IMG/VR virus record: IMGVR_UViG_3300025141_016305
Location: 96,001 to 160,000 of that record
Source: a virus
Length of the DNA: 64,000 bases
Direction: 5' to 3' (one strand)
In this document: positions 40,885-50,608 of the stretch, one piece after another
Layout of the letters: each line of letters starts with the position of its first letter
Position numbering within the stretch: position 1 is the first letter of the stretch
Translations under genes and position numbers: made by a program
The notes under the pieces: model-generated
What the model was told of the DNA's origin: nothing
What the model saw: the letters and a program-made list of their open reading frames with translations, nothing else
The model's database searches: none

Positions 40885-41764
40885 TCAAACTCTCCATATC
40901 TTTAAAATATTGCTCGTATAAAGAAAAAACAAATTTATTATTTTTAAGATTTAATATACCATGGCGTGGGGCTGGAATATAGGTTTTATTTTTCAAATCT
41001 TCCTTGAAGTTTGAAAAATGATAAAATAGTAGTTTCTGCAACTTTCCGTTCCATAATATTTTATCGGCTATATATTGATGGTGATGTATGTTCCATGGTG
41101 CTAGGTGTCCAAGATAATCATCAATTTTAAATACACTATTGTAGAGTTTTGGAAACAGCTCTAAATATTTTTGATCCCCGCAAGTACCATAAGCGCTAGC
41201 GTACTCGTTATCGTCATGAAGCAAACAGTCTTTCCAAAAGGCCGCGCATGATTGACCATCTTTGTCGTTTTTAAAATACACTATTCCTACATTGTACAAC
41301 CCATTGACTGGGTTATAGGGTACCCTGTTCTCTATAAGACCTATTGACCCGAAATCTTTTAAATCTAAAATCCTTGTTGGATCTTCAAAGAAATAAATAT
41401 CCGCATCAACATAGACAATATCGTCTATGTTGCAATGTTTCAAACAATACCAAGAATAATAAGAAGCTAAAGACCATATGAATTGCAGCTTTTTTGCACC
41501 TTTCTCGTTTCCTCCGCAGAGGTTTAAAGATTCGAAAGATGGCTTATTGTTTTGTGATTTTTTTAATTCTTTGTCTGAATTTAAGAGGTCTTTTATATTA
41601 TGACAATTTACTTCTTTACAATTATTGTTAATTAATTTAAAAATATCGTCATCTAAGCACAGTAAATTAATCGTATACTCTGAGGTATGATTTCTTATAC
41701 TTTCTCTTAATGCTAAGAACTTTATGGCAAATTTGCTGTCAGCCAATGTACAAATGCTGATCAT
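40853..41764 (-). CDS. GT8-like nucleotide-diphospho-sugar transferase
   Basis: YVDADIYFF, YNVGIVYF, GDQKYL, APWN, FYHFS. Confidence 0.75.
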   Translation of the reverse strand: MISICTLADSKFAIKFLALRESIRNHTSEYTINLLCLDDDIFKLINNNCKEVNCHNIKDLLNSDKELKKSQNNKPSFESLNLCGGNEKGAKKLQFIWSLASYYSWYCLKHCNIDDIVYVDADIYFFEDPTRILDLKDFGSIGLIENRVPYNPVNGLYNVGIVYFKNDKDGQSCAAFWKDCLLHDDNEYASAYGTCGDQKYLELFPKLYNSVFKIDDYLGHLAPWNIHHHQYIADKILWNGKLQKLLFYHFSNFKEDLKNKTYIPAPRHGILNLKNNKFVFSLYEQYFKDMESLNENIIWNDCI

Positions 41765-43830
41765 GTACTAGGTTTTTGTGCTCTTGCGAGATAAGAAGCT
41801 TGATGTTTTTTAAACACTTCTCTTTCTTCTCGACTCTTCCAAACTGCGTTGTCCGTATCTGTTGATACACCTTTCGGGTTAAAATAATATAGACCTAAAG
41901 GTTTATAATATTTTTTAAATTTTGAACCATTTAGCGCGCAGCGTAACCAGAAATCCCAATCTGCTGCTGACTTATATTTATCATCAAAAAAGCCATTTTT
42001 ATCGTGAATAGTCTTGCGCCACATCGGCATACAGTGGGGCGCGTTGCCTCTTAGCATTGACTCTATAGAAAAATCTTCTGCCGGATATATTTGTCCTTGT
42101 GATGAGTTTTCTTCAAAAGTCTCATTTTCATGAAAAGTCAAAAGATTTTCAGAGTAAACTAGATCGGCATCTTCGTTCGTAGATAAGAAAAACCCTAATT
42201 GCTCCATAAAATCTATTGCATGCCTATCATCCAAGTTGGCATTCGTGATAAATTTACCAGAAGCCATTTCAACAGCCATGTTCCAGACACCATAAATACC
42301 GGGGTCGTGATCTAATCTTTTATAAATAATGTTGTCCGGATGGGAGTTTGCATATTCTAAGATTGTAGGCTCTTCGTTGCCGGGGGAGTTCGCATTTATT
42401 AGTATTAATTCACACTTTTCTCTAAAGATTGTTTGTCGTGTTATATCTTCCAAAAAGGGCTTTATAAAATTGTCCGCATCATATACAGATGTAATAATGG
42501 ATATTTTCGGTATCTTTGATCTATCGACCTTTTTTATCTGAGAGTCGACTCTGTCGAATAGACTCTTTTTTTTGCTTCTGGTCTGGTCATTTACAGTTAA
42601 ATATTCAATAGTTTGATCTCCGAGAATCGCGCTACTCATTTGTTTTAATATTTTCTGCTTTTCGTGAGAAATAGAGATGTCTTTTTTTAGTGTTTTTGCC
42701 CAACTTTTATAGAGGCTATAATTACTTTTAACATTTCTGATTTGTTTTCTAAAAGACAATTCATTTGGATACGCCCACTTGCTGCCTTCAACTAAGATAT
42801 TTTCCCACTCCGCGGACTTTTGAATCGCTTTTAATTCATATTCAACTCTTGCAAAAAGTTTTTTATCTTTTAATTTTTTAGTTTTCTTTTGTTTTACTTT
42901 TGTAGTTAAAAAATCCAAATGAGCTGACCAGTCTGTTGCCACGACGGGCATGCCAGAATACGCTGCTTCAAACAAAGGAAGACCATAACCCTCGCCATGA
43001 GTAGTGGAGACTACTGCTTTAATCTTTGGATTGTTATATAATCCATGTATTTTCTCTTCTGAGAGGGATCCATGAAGTAGATAAATTTTACACTTCTTTT
43101 CTCCGAAACCACTAATAAGTGTTTTTAAATATTTCTTAGTTGCTGCTCGATCTATTTTATTACCAGCAACAAAGCCCGTCTTCAAAATTAAACCTACGTC
43201 CGCATCATTTCTAAACTCTTTAATAAACCACTCAATTGTTTGGTTTAAGTTCTTTCTAGGACCGAAGAGTGCGAGGGTTAAAAAATTAAACTCTGTTTCT
43301 AAATCTAAATCGATTTGTTCCGGAACTATATCTTTTACTGGGTAAGGTACAACTTCGACTGGACATTGACACTCTAGTATAGTGACCTCATCTTGTTTTG
43401 AATGGTTCGTAATTTCATACTTAGTTTTAACAAATCCGTCTTTTGCGTGTTGAGATGGTACAATTAACTTGTTAATCCCTTTTGTTTTTTCAAGCCAGGT
43501 ATGAGAAACTCTATCTGTTTCAATCCCAGCTGTAACACAAATTGAATAATTTGCTCTTTTTGTAAATTCAAAAGGGATTCCCACGTGCACCTGCATATCA
43601 AAGACTGGTTGTGCGTCATGAGCCTGGCACTGTGTCATGTATCTCTGAAACTTTTCAATATTGTCGTTTATTGTTTGATCTCTGGGTGGTGACCATGCGG
43701 TGTTTCCCCACGGGAGTGGGACTATATACATGTCTAGGCCTCTTATTTGTTTCAAAGATTCATACACCAACCGTGCATGCTCACCATACCCAGATTGAGT
43801 CAATATTGGTGCTTCTAATAATACTCTCAT
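41761..43830 (-). CDS. GT4-GT2 fusion glycosyltransferase
   Basis: SGYGEH, THGEGYGLPLFEAA (GT-B), then ISIITSVY, NANLDD, ADWDFWLR (GT-A). Confidence 0.88.
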   Translation of the reverse strand: MRVLLEAPILTQSGYGEHARLVYESLKQIRGLDMYIVPLPWGNTAWSPPRDQTINDNIEKFQRYMTQCQAHDAQPVFDMQVHVGIPFEFTKRANYSICVTAGIETDRVSHTWLEKTKGINKLIVPSQHAKDGFVKTKYEITNHSKQDEVTILECQCPVEVVPYPVKDIVPEQIDLDLETEFNFLTLALFGPRKNLNQTIEWFIKEFRNDADVGLILKTGFVAGNKIDRAATKKYLKTLISGFGEKKCKIYLLHGSLSEEKIHGLYNNPKIKAVVSTTHGEGYGLPLFEAAYSGMPVVATDWSAHLDFLTTKVKQKKTKKLKDKKLFARVEYELKAIQKSAEWENILVEGSKWAYPNELSFRKQIRNVKSNYSLYKSWAKTLKKDISISHEKQKILKQMSSAILGDQTIEYLTVNDQTRSKKKSLFDRVDSQIKKVDRSKIPKISIITSVYDADNFIKPFLEDITRQTIFREKCELILINANSPGNEEPTILEYANSHPDNIIYKRLDHDPGIYGVWNMAVEMASGKFITNANLDDRHAIDFMEQLGFFLSTNEDADLVYSENLLTFHENETFEENSSQGQIYPAEDFSIESMLRGNAPHCMPMWRKTIHDKNGFFDDKYKSAADWDFWLRCALNGSKFKKYYKPLGLYYFNPKGVSTDTDNAVWKSREEREVFKKHQASYLARAQKPST

Positions 43831-45092
43831 AAGTCCTTAATCAATTCCCAACTTTGATAGTTTTTTCTATTTTCCCATGAGCCCAGATTTTGTGTTACAT
43901 ACTCAAAAAGTTCGCGCCAATTACTTTCGTACTGCTCAAAACCATAATTCGTTAAAACATGATTTCTTCCAGATTTACCCATCTTTAATCGTTCCTCTTT
44001 TGGAGTATTATAAAAATCCTCTAGTGCTTTTAAAAAGTCCCCTCTTGAAATACGGTCTTCGTAAATATAAGGTACATCTTGAGAGCCGATAACAGCTTTA
44101 GAGGAAGGCTCTATACCAATCCCAAACCAATTACCTTGACCATCAGTCACCTGTTCCTGCAGGCCGCCTGTCATATTTACAATTACTGGAGTTTCACATG
44201 CAAGAGACTCTAAAGTAGAGAGACCGAAACCTTCAGCATCTGATATGTTTATTGTGCAATCCACAAAGGAATAAATTTTTGCTAATTCTTCCGGGGGCAT
44301 TTTCTGTGTTGAAAACATTATTTGATCTGATTTTAGGCCTAGGCGTTCTGCGATTACTTCCAAATCTTGACCATTTGGATCCTTTGGTTCCGTGTGCATT
44401 ATTAGCGCAGCTTTGTCGTGCCCCACTTTATCTAAAAAATCTTTAAACCAAAATATTAAAGTTCCGGATTGCTTTCTTCTTGCATTTCTATTGTTCCAGA
44501 AAAACACCATTTTATTGCTTAAGCTATTTAATTTTTCATTTAAAGTACCCAATTTAGAAGTAGGCAGGGCTTTGAATATTTCAGTATTAACAGTGTGTGG
44601 AATTCTTACACATTTAACGTCCGGGCTGACTTTTCTGACGATTTGATCAGTTACATCACTAATTGTGCAAATAACATCATTTGAATCATAGAAACTTTTA
44701 TTATAATATGGATATGGAAAATTATCCCAAACATGATAATAAACCATGGGGACATTCTTTCTTATTTCATCTTCCAGTTGCCACAACCAAATAAAAAATC
44801 TTGGATCTGTCATAAACCACAAAACGTCTGGCTTAAATTGGTGAAGAACTTGCCTGACAATAGTTGCGTTGCCATACCCATCAACTGGATGGATTATTAG
44901 ATCCTCTCCGTATGGTTCCACCTTAATAGGCCGATAATCATTGTGTTTTAGGGCGCCAGCTAGGCATAGAAACTTATATTCACCCGTCTTTAGTAAAGCC
45001 TCAATCATGTATTTTGTTTGAGTTCCAACCCCGGAAGGTACTAGTGGGCTATCAGCAATAACGAAGATCTTTTTTTTAGGTTTTGTGGTCAT
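43827..45092 (-). CDS. GT4-family glycosyltransferase
   Basis: NRNARRK, SDAEGFGLSTLESLAC.TP; ATG at 45092 overlaps the TGA of the duplicated nuclease end. Confidence 0.9.
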   Translation of the reverse strand: MTTKPKKKIFVIADSPLVPSGVGTQTKYMIEALLKTGEYKFLCLAGALKHNDYRPIKVEPYGEDLIIHPVDGYGNATIVRQVLHQFKPDVLWFMTDPRFFIWLWQLEDEIRKNVPMVYYHVWDNFPYPYYNKSFYDSNDVICTISDVTDQIVRKVSPDVKCVRIPHTVNTEIFKALPTSKLGTLNEKLNSLSNKMVFFWNNRNARRKQSGTLIFWFKDFLDKVGHDKAALIMHTEPKDPNGQDLEVIAERLGLKSDQIMFSTQKMPPEELAKIYSFVDCTINISDAEGFGLSTLESLACETPVIVNMTGGLQEQVTDGQGNWFGIGIEPSSKAVIGSQDVPYIYEDRISRGDFLKALEDFYNTPKEERLKMGKSGRNHVLTNYGFEQYESNWRELFEYVTQNLGSWENRKNYQSWELIKDL

Positions 45093-45104
45093 ATGCAATG
45101 TTTA

Positions 45105-45213
45105 GTTTTATAAAATTTACAATATTTACAAGAAAGTCTATTTTTAATAAAGTTTTTTCTTTCTATATTTATAGCAGCTTTCTCTAACATTTTTAAAGAA
45201 TTTTGTGTTTTTT
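45105..45213. repeat. Direct repeat copy A: duplicated 3' end of the PD-(D/E)XK nuclease gene
   Basis: 106/109 nt identical to 45945-46053 (offset 840 bp). Confidence 0.95.
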
Positions 45214-45248
45214 CTTTGTTTATAGCTTCATTTACTTTCTCGCTCTTG

Positions 45249-45932
45249 CTATGGAAATTTTACATATATCCAATCGATTGGACAATCCGAATACGGGCGG
45301 TGGTTGCGAAGATCAAAATACTTTCTTAAAACAGTATCATGCTCTGACATCTTCTTGCCTAGCTCTTTAGTGTTCTCGATGGTGCCGAGATTGTCATGAT
45401 AATCTAAATAAAGCTGACGTATTGTTATATTATCAAGAACTTTAGATTCGAACATATGATCCAAAACATCAAATTCTGCTCCTTCGATGTTCATAACAAT
45501 ATAAAGTTCAAACTTATCTTTTGGAAAGTTTTTTAAAATTTCTACAAAATCAACGGCTTCAACATTGTATGATTGAACATATTTCCCCGATCGTTTGCCT
45601 CTGTGTGTCGAGTTTGAACCTTTCCCAAAATCATGAAATTCTACAGTCCCATCAGCATTCCACACTGCCGCATTATATAGACGCGTCTTTGCGCGTGTGT
45701 TAGGTTCTAGATAAGACAACTCTTTTTCTATATCAAAATCTTTTAAAGCTTCAAATCCCAGGATTTGATCGAAAAAATCACCAAGTTGTTCTGGTTTTGT
45801 CGGCAGACCATTTGGACGATTGAGGGTACATTCGTGGCGACCCCATGGGGCGATGTGATGAAAATATGAGGCGCCTTTGGTATACCACCCGCAAATGATT
45901 AATACTTTTTTTCTTTTTGTTTTCAAAATCAC
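45249..45932 (-). CDS. FkbM-like methyltransferase inserted between the direct repeats
   Basis: GFEA, NAAVW..DG, VEAVDF, MNIEGAEFDVL; GTG start overlaps the nuclease TGA. Confidence 0.65.
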   Translation of the reverse strand: MILKTKRKKVLIICGWYTKGASYFHHIAPWGRHECTLNRPNGLPTKPEQLGDFFDQILGFEALKDFDIEKELSYLEPNTRAKTRLYNAAVWNADGTVEFHDFGKGSNSTHRGKRSGKYVQSYNVEAVDFVEILKNFPKDKFELYIVMNIEGAEFDVLDHMFESKVLDNITIRQLYLDYHDNLGTIENTKELGKKMSEHDTVLRKYFDLRNHRPYSDCPIDWIYVKFP

Positions 45933-46702
45933 GTACAGTATTCTGTTTTATAAAATTTACAATATTTGCAAGAGAGCCTATTTTTAATAAAGTTTTTTCT
46001 TTCTATATTTATAGCAGCTTTCTCTAACATTTTTAAAGAATTTTGTGTTTTTTTCTTTCCGGCAGTAACTCTATATATTTCAACATTATCTTTTTTTGCA
46101 GTTCTTTTTAGTAAAGCGAAGTGTACTTCTATATTTTTAGGATCAATATTATGTTTTTTGGAAAAATAATTCTTATAATACACTAACTGATATGTTGTCA
46201 TTGGAGCTGATTTTCTTCTACTATCCCAACCCCAGGAGCATGTTTTCCAATCAATAATGTGGTATTTACCATCAGATGTCTTTAAGACCAAATCAATAAA
46301 GCCTTTAAATTTTCTACCACAAGACTCCACTTCATCTATATCTTCTAAAATCTCTTCTTCAACAGAAACAACAGCATAATCTCCAAAAACCTTTTTTAAT
46401 TCTGGAAGTATAAGATTTGAAAGCAATTTACTTTGTATTTTCATTTCTCTTATCAATTTTTGGTTCAGGTCGCAATCTAAAATTGATAGTTCTTCTTCAA
46501 ACTTTTTTAGAAAAAAGCCGTATTTATCTTCTATGTCCTTATTTACGATATTTTCACAAAGATAATGTATAGCTGTGCCAAAGGCGGTATATTCATTACC
46601 AGAAAAATAAGGTAATTTATCGATATGAATTAATTTATGTCTGTATGGACACTCTGTCCAGTTTTTCAATTCTGAAAAACTTATTCTTTTTATTTCTTTC
46701 AC
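45929..46702 (-). CDS. PD-(D/E)XK nuclease (AddB/Cas4-like, with Fe-S cysteines)
   Basis: ISFSEL...CPY, GTAIH, KGFIDLV...IIDWKT, QL..Y, C-terminal CKYC...C. Confidence 0.9.
   Translation of the reverse strand: MKEIKRISFSELKNWTECPYRHKLIHIDKLPYFSGNEYTAFGTAIHYLCENIVNKDIEDKYGFFLKKFEEELSILDCDLNQKLIREMKIQSKLLSNLILPELKKVFGDYAVVSVEEEILEDIDEVESCGRKFKGFIDLVLKTSDGKYHIIDWKTCSWGWDSRRKSAPMTTYQLVYYKNYFSKKHNIDPKNIEVHFALLKRTAKKDNVEIYRVTAGKKKTQNSLKMLEKAAINIERKNFIKNRLSCKYCKFYKTEYCT
45945..46053. repeat. Direct repeat copy B (within the intact nuclease gene)
   Basis: Pairs with 45105-45213. Confidence 0.95.
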
Positions 46703-47169
46703 GAACTCTCTTTTGTTTTGTTACTAATATTTTTCATCTTATCACGAATTGATCTAGATGTCGAGGCTTTTTTTGTGGATGGTCTTCTTCGTCGTGGTCG
46801 AGGGGGAGGTGTAGGTATTGTAGTTTCTTCTTTCTCTTTAGTTTTGGTTTTAAGCTGAGGTTCCTCTTCTTTTTTTGAAGGGGTTTCTATTGAATTTTTC
46901 TTTTTGGTTTCAAGTTCTATCTGAACAACCCATGTTCCAATTTGTTTGATGCCACTGCGAATTGAATTGCCTACAGCATTTTTCGGTCTGGAAATTATTC
47001 TTGACACTTTATAGTTTTTACTTGCAATCTTTATTATATCTTTATCGTTTAAAATTATTGTTGGATTTATAATAAAGTCTCTCACCTCTGTGTGAATAGT
47101 GATCTTTAGTTCGTCTCCGTTTAATTCTTCAATTACCTTCCTAATCACCGGTATCAACTCCATCCTCAA
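46699..47169 (-). CDS. Hypothetical protein with basic low-complexity C-terminus
   Basis: 156-aa ORF in the operon. Confidence 0.55.
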   Translation of the reverse strand: MRMELIPVIRKVIEELNGDELKITIHTEVRDFIINPTIILNDKDIIKIASKNYKVSRIISRPKNAVGNSIRSGIKQIGTWVVQIELETKKKNSIETPSKKEEEPQLKTKTKEKEETTIPTPPPRPRRRRPSTKKASTSRSIRDKMKNISNKTKESS

Positions 47170-47821
47170 AAGATAAATTTAAAATCTTTTGATATAAGAC
47201 AGGACTGATGGATTTCAATCTGCCTACATCTTTAGATATGAAGAAAGACTCAAAACCATTTGCAAAATATTCTCTAAGTGAGGTAGCTGCGTAAGGGGAG
47301 TAGAATAAATTTGCAGTCAAACTTGATAAAGTGGGATACCCTATTTCGCGGTACAAAAAATCATCAAACTCAAAAGAGAAATCAGTTTCTAAGAAATCAT
47401 CTAAATCAACACTAACACCTTTTCTATCCAATATTGTCCATAATTTTTTTCTTTTTCTTATAAACTCGTTTGCAATCTTTTGATCAGAATATATATAAAA
47501 AGCATTTGCATCCTCAATTGAGTGTGCTATTTCATGAGCCAAATCATCAACCATGTCTTCAACTGAATCTTGCTCATTTGTTATAAAAATAGATGAATTT
47601 TCATACATAGCTTGAACATTTCTTTGCAATAAAAAATCAAACTCCCCAACGTAAATAGAATCAACGTTGGCCAACAAAAAAGAAGGAATAGATTCTTTTA
47701 TTTTCATAAGCACTTCCTGGATCGAAACATTGTTTGTTATCGCATCCTTTATAAAGACCTCAATCCCAAGAAAAGTAAAATGAATAGGTTTTTTATTTTT
47801 TATATAATTCTTAAGACTCAT
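47141..47821 (-). CDS. Putative zincin-like metallopeptidase
   Basis: HEIAH (HExxH) and downstream YAATSLREYFANGF. Confidence 0.55.
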   Translation of the reverse strand: MSLKNYIKNKKPIHFTFLGIEVFIKDAITNNVSIQEVLMKIKESIPSFLLANVDSIYVGEFDFLLQRNVQAMYENSSIFITNEQDSVEDMVDDLAHEIAHSIEDANAFYIYSDQKIANEFIRKRKKLWTILDRKGVSVDLDDFLETDFSFEFDDFLYREIGYPTLSSLTANLFYSPYAATSLREYFANGFESFFISKDVGRLKSISPVLYQKILNLSFEDGVDTGD

Positions 47822-48086
47822 CTTCTTGATTCCGAGTAGTTATATTGTTCTTAACATATTCCACGTCAGTTAAAGCCTGTGTGTATCCATTGACCCAGTT
47901 TTCTTCTGCCACCGCTAATAAAAATTCTGGGAATTGTTCTGCAAAAATGCTGATAACACTTTCAACAGTTACTTCATCGTTTTCGGGATTTGTCTTTTCA
48001 CCAACATAATTAACAATTATTTCTTTTAATTCAGATTCAGTTGGAATAACCTCTTTTTGTAAATCAGAATTCTTTATCTCTGTCAT
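47811..48086 (-). CDS. Hypothetical protein
   Basis: 91-aa ORF, ATGA-coupled to phoH. Confidence 0.65.
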   Translation of the reverse strand: MTEIKNSDLQKEVIPTESELKEIIVNYVGEKTNPENDEVTVESVISIFAEQFPEFLLAVAEENWVNGYTQALTDVEYVKNNITTRNQEDES

Positions 48087-49393
48087 AATTTTGTTGCCGC
48101 AATAGTTGCTACTTGCGATCGTTCTCCTTTCATCAGTGTAATGTGTCCTGTTATTTGTTCCTGTTTAAGCCTCTCTACCACGTATGAGAGTCCGTTATTC
48201 GTTTCATCTATATACATGTTGTCAATTTGTTCAATATCCCCTGTGAGGACAATCTTGGTACCTTCTCCGACCCTTGTTAAAACCGTTTTAATCTCATGCT
48301 GGGTCATATTTTGTACTTCGTCGATAATAATGAACGCGTTTGATATGGACCTACCTCGGATAAATGTCATCGCCTCTACTTCGATTTTTCCTTGATCCAT
48401 ATACATAGCCAATGTGGTTTTATCATCGCCCATCAAAAATTGTAAATTATCTTGTATTGGCGCCAGCCATGGCAACATCTTCTCTTCCATGGAACCTGGG
48501 AGGAAACCAATATCCTTTCCCATTGGTTCAACCGGCTTGGTTACAACTACTTTTTTATAGGTCGCGCCTTTGCCGAAAGTCTGCTCTAACCCAGCTGCTA
48601 AAGCCAAGAGAGTTTTTCCAGAGCCGGCTTTACCCACCAAAGAAACAACTGGGATCTTGCTGTTCAACAGCAAATCGAATGCAAATTGCTGCTCTTTATT
48701 TCTTGGGTAAGTTCCCCAGATTCCTTTTGTTGATTTTGCTATTCTATCCAAAGGAGATAAGCTATTGATATATTTTGCCAAGGCAGTTTTTTTGTCATTT
48801 GAATTCGAGATAAGCATAACAAACTGATTTGGGGAAAGATTATATTCATCTCCTAAAAATACTTCCTCATCTTCATAAAAACTATTTATTATCTGCTCAT
48901 CTACTAATATTTCAGTTTTTCCGGAAAACAAACCATCAGAACTTTCCAAAACCTGTTCACCATGATAATCCTCAGTGAGGAGACCTAGAGCATCACACTT
49001 AACTCTCATATTAATATCTCGGGAAACAACAATAACTTTTCTCGGCTTATTTTCCTCTTGGACAGATAAAGCCGTTGCAAGAATTTGATTATCGGAATCC
49101 TCCAGGTCTAAATCATCAGGAAGACAAAAGGGGTTATAAGAACTAACTCTCAATATGCCCTTTCCTTTTCCCATTCTTACGCCTTTTGAAAGATTACCTC
49201 CAGATCTGAATGCATCTAAACGGCGTATTATCTCTCTAGCTTGAGATCCTACAGAATCTTGTCTTTTTTTATGTTTGTCTATTTCGTCTAGTATTTTTAA
49301 AGGTATGACAATATCATTATTGCCAAATGTATTGATCGCCGCGGCGCTTGTTAAATACACATTAGTGTCGAGAACGTATGTTTTTTTAGCCAA
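48083..49393 (-). CDS. phoH: PhoH-family protein with N-terminal PIN domain
   Basis: VLDTNV (PIN), D.DNQIL, GKAGSGKT Walker A, IGFLPG, RGRS, IIDEVQN, TGDIEQID. Confidence 0.95.
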   Translation of the reverse strand: MAKKTYVLDTNVYLTSAAAINTFGNNDIVIPLKILDEIDKHKKRQDSVGSQAREIIRRLDAFRSGGNLSKGVRMGKGKGILRVSSYNPFCLPDDLDLEDSDNQILATALSVQEENKPRKVIVVSRDINMRVKCDALGLLTEDYHGEQVLESSDGLFSGKTEILVDEQIINSFYEDEEVFLGDEYNLSPNQFVMLISNSNDKKTALAKYINSLSPLDRIAKSTKGIWGTYPRNKEQQFAFDLLLNSKIPVVSLVGKAGSGKTLLALAAGLEQTFGKGATYKKVVVTKPVEPMGKDIGFLPGSMEEKMLPWLAPIQDNLQFLMGDDKTTLAMYMDQGKIEVEAMTFIRGRSISNAFIIIDEVQNMTQHEIKTVLTRVGEGTKIVLTGDIEQIDNMYIDETNNGLSYVVERLKQEQITGHITLMKGERSQVATIAATKL

Positions 49394-49421
49394 AAAAATA
49401 TCCTTTTTTGATATAGTATCA

Positions 49422-49595
49422 CTAATAATTAGGTTTTTTAGCTATTTTTATCCACTCAGTTGGAATCTTTATATATTTTGGTTTTTGTTTCTTTGGTGCT
49501 AAAATAGTTGATTTTTCAATAGGTTTTTCAATTTTCCCGCTTGTGTGAGGGCATGGGGCTGAAAGTATTAAAAGTATCATATACGCAGTAATCAT
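49422..49595 (-). CDS. Small hypothetical protein (57 aa), missing from the ORF track
   Basis: AGGAGA Shine-Dalgarno; MITAYMILLILSAPCPHTSGKIEKPIEKSTILAPKKQKPKYIKIPTEWIKIAKKPNY. Confidence 0.5.
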   Translation of the reverse strand: MITAYMILLILSAPCPHTSGKIEKPIEKSTILAPKKQKPKYIKIPTEWIKIAKKPNY

Positions 49596-49646
49596 GAGAG
49601 TTCTCCTAAATTAAAAATTATTTTGTGGTATATTTAATATATAAGT

Positions 49647-50405
49647 ATGAACACAAAAACCAAAAAACTAACTTTATTAATGTTTTTTTCCATCTTCCTG
49701 GCTAGTTGTCCAACTGCTAGCAGTGTTGGTGCAAATAAAAAAATCAATCCACCTACCTACAGCTTTGTAAAAGTCTTCAACGAGCTTCAAATAGAAGAAT
49801 GCAAAGGAGATAAAGATGAACGCGGTAAAGAATGCCCTGTTGGGTTTTATTTTTCCACCGGGAGTGGCATGGCTGCAGATGTAGTCGAAAATGAAATGAT
49901 TGTTTTAACAGCTGGGCATGTTTGTGAGGCAAAGCTTAACCCTTTTATAACGAAATACACTTTGACAATAACCGTTATGGGACATGATGGTAGAAAACAC
50001 CAATCTCATATAATAAAATCCTCTTTTGACAATTCAAAAGGAGATCCAGATATGTGTGCCCTATATGTTCCGACTTTAAGAATCAAAAAAGTGCAGATTT
50101 CTGGGAGGCCTCCTCAAATAGGAGACGAGATATATTATATCGGGGCGCCCATGGGAGTTTATCATAACCCAGTTGCTCCGATCTTCAGAGGAATATATAG
50201 CGGAATAATTGACCCGTCATCAGCACTAGTAACTGCTCCAGCTGCAGGAGGCTCTTCTGGTTCTTCTGTTTTAAACCAAAATAACAGAATTATTGGAATC
50301 TTATATGCTACTCATCCCGGGTTTCATCATGTTACTGTTATGACAAATTATTATGCTACACTGTTGTTTTTAAATGATGTGAAAAAAGAATTCAAAAAAC
50401 AATAA
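49647..50405 (+). CDS. Trypsin-like serine protease, probable lipoprotein
   Basis: FLASC lipobox; triad motifs LTAGHVC, DMC, GGSSGS. The only credible plus-strand gene. Confidence 0.88.
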   Translation: MNTKTKKLTLLMFFSIFLASCPTASSVGANKKINPPTYSFVKVFNELQIEECKGDKDERGKECPVGFYFSTGSGMAADVVENEMIVLTAGHVCEAKLNPFITKYTLTITVMGHDGRKHQSHIIKSSFDNSKGDPDMCALYVPTLRIKKVQISGRPPQIGDEIYYIGAPMGVYHNPVAPIFRGIYSGIIDPSSALVTAPAAGGSSGSSVLNQNNRIIGILYATHPGFHHVTVMTNYYATLLFLNDVKKEFKKQ

Positions 50406-50414
50406 AATTATTTT

Positions 50415-50588
50415 CTATTTTATACCGCGAACATTAGGGTAGTTGCTTGCAAACCAGTCGCAAGTTTCTTTTAATGATTCTTTAAAATTAGTATATTTAC
50501 ATTCATATCCCATCGATCTTAACAATGAATTACTAGATGGCTTTCTTTGTTGTCCTGTTGGTTTCGAGGTGTCCCAAACTTTTTTCAT
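50415..50588 (-). pseudogene. fcl: C-terminal remnant of GDP-L-fucose synthase
   Basis: 57-aa frame MKKVWDTSKPTGQQRKPSSNSLL...SLKETCDWFASNYPNVRG matches the WDTSKPDG..RK C-terminus of Fcl; no Rossmann fold upstream. Confidence 0.7.
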
Positions 50589-50608
50589 TATATTTTAAAA
50601 ACTTAGAA

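Noticed and set aside
21518-45932. Bacterial O-antigen or capsule locus (host DNA or chimeric contig)
   Set aside because: It is continuous and co-oriented with phage genes on both sides, with overlapping start/stop codons, and lacks recognisable wzx/wzy/kps export genes.
45929-46702. Cas4-like nuclease as evidence of CRISPR-Cas
   Set aside because: No cas1/cas2 and no regularly spaced repeat-spacer array were seen; stand-alone PD-(D/E)XK nucleases are common in phages.
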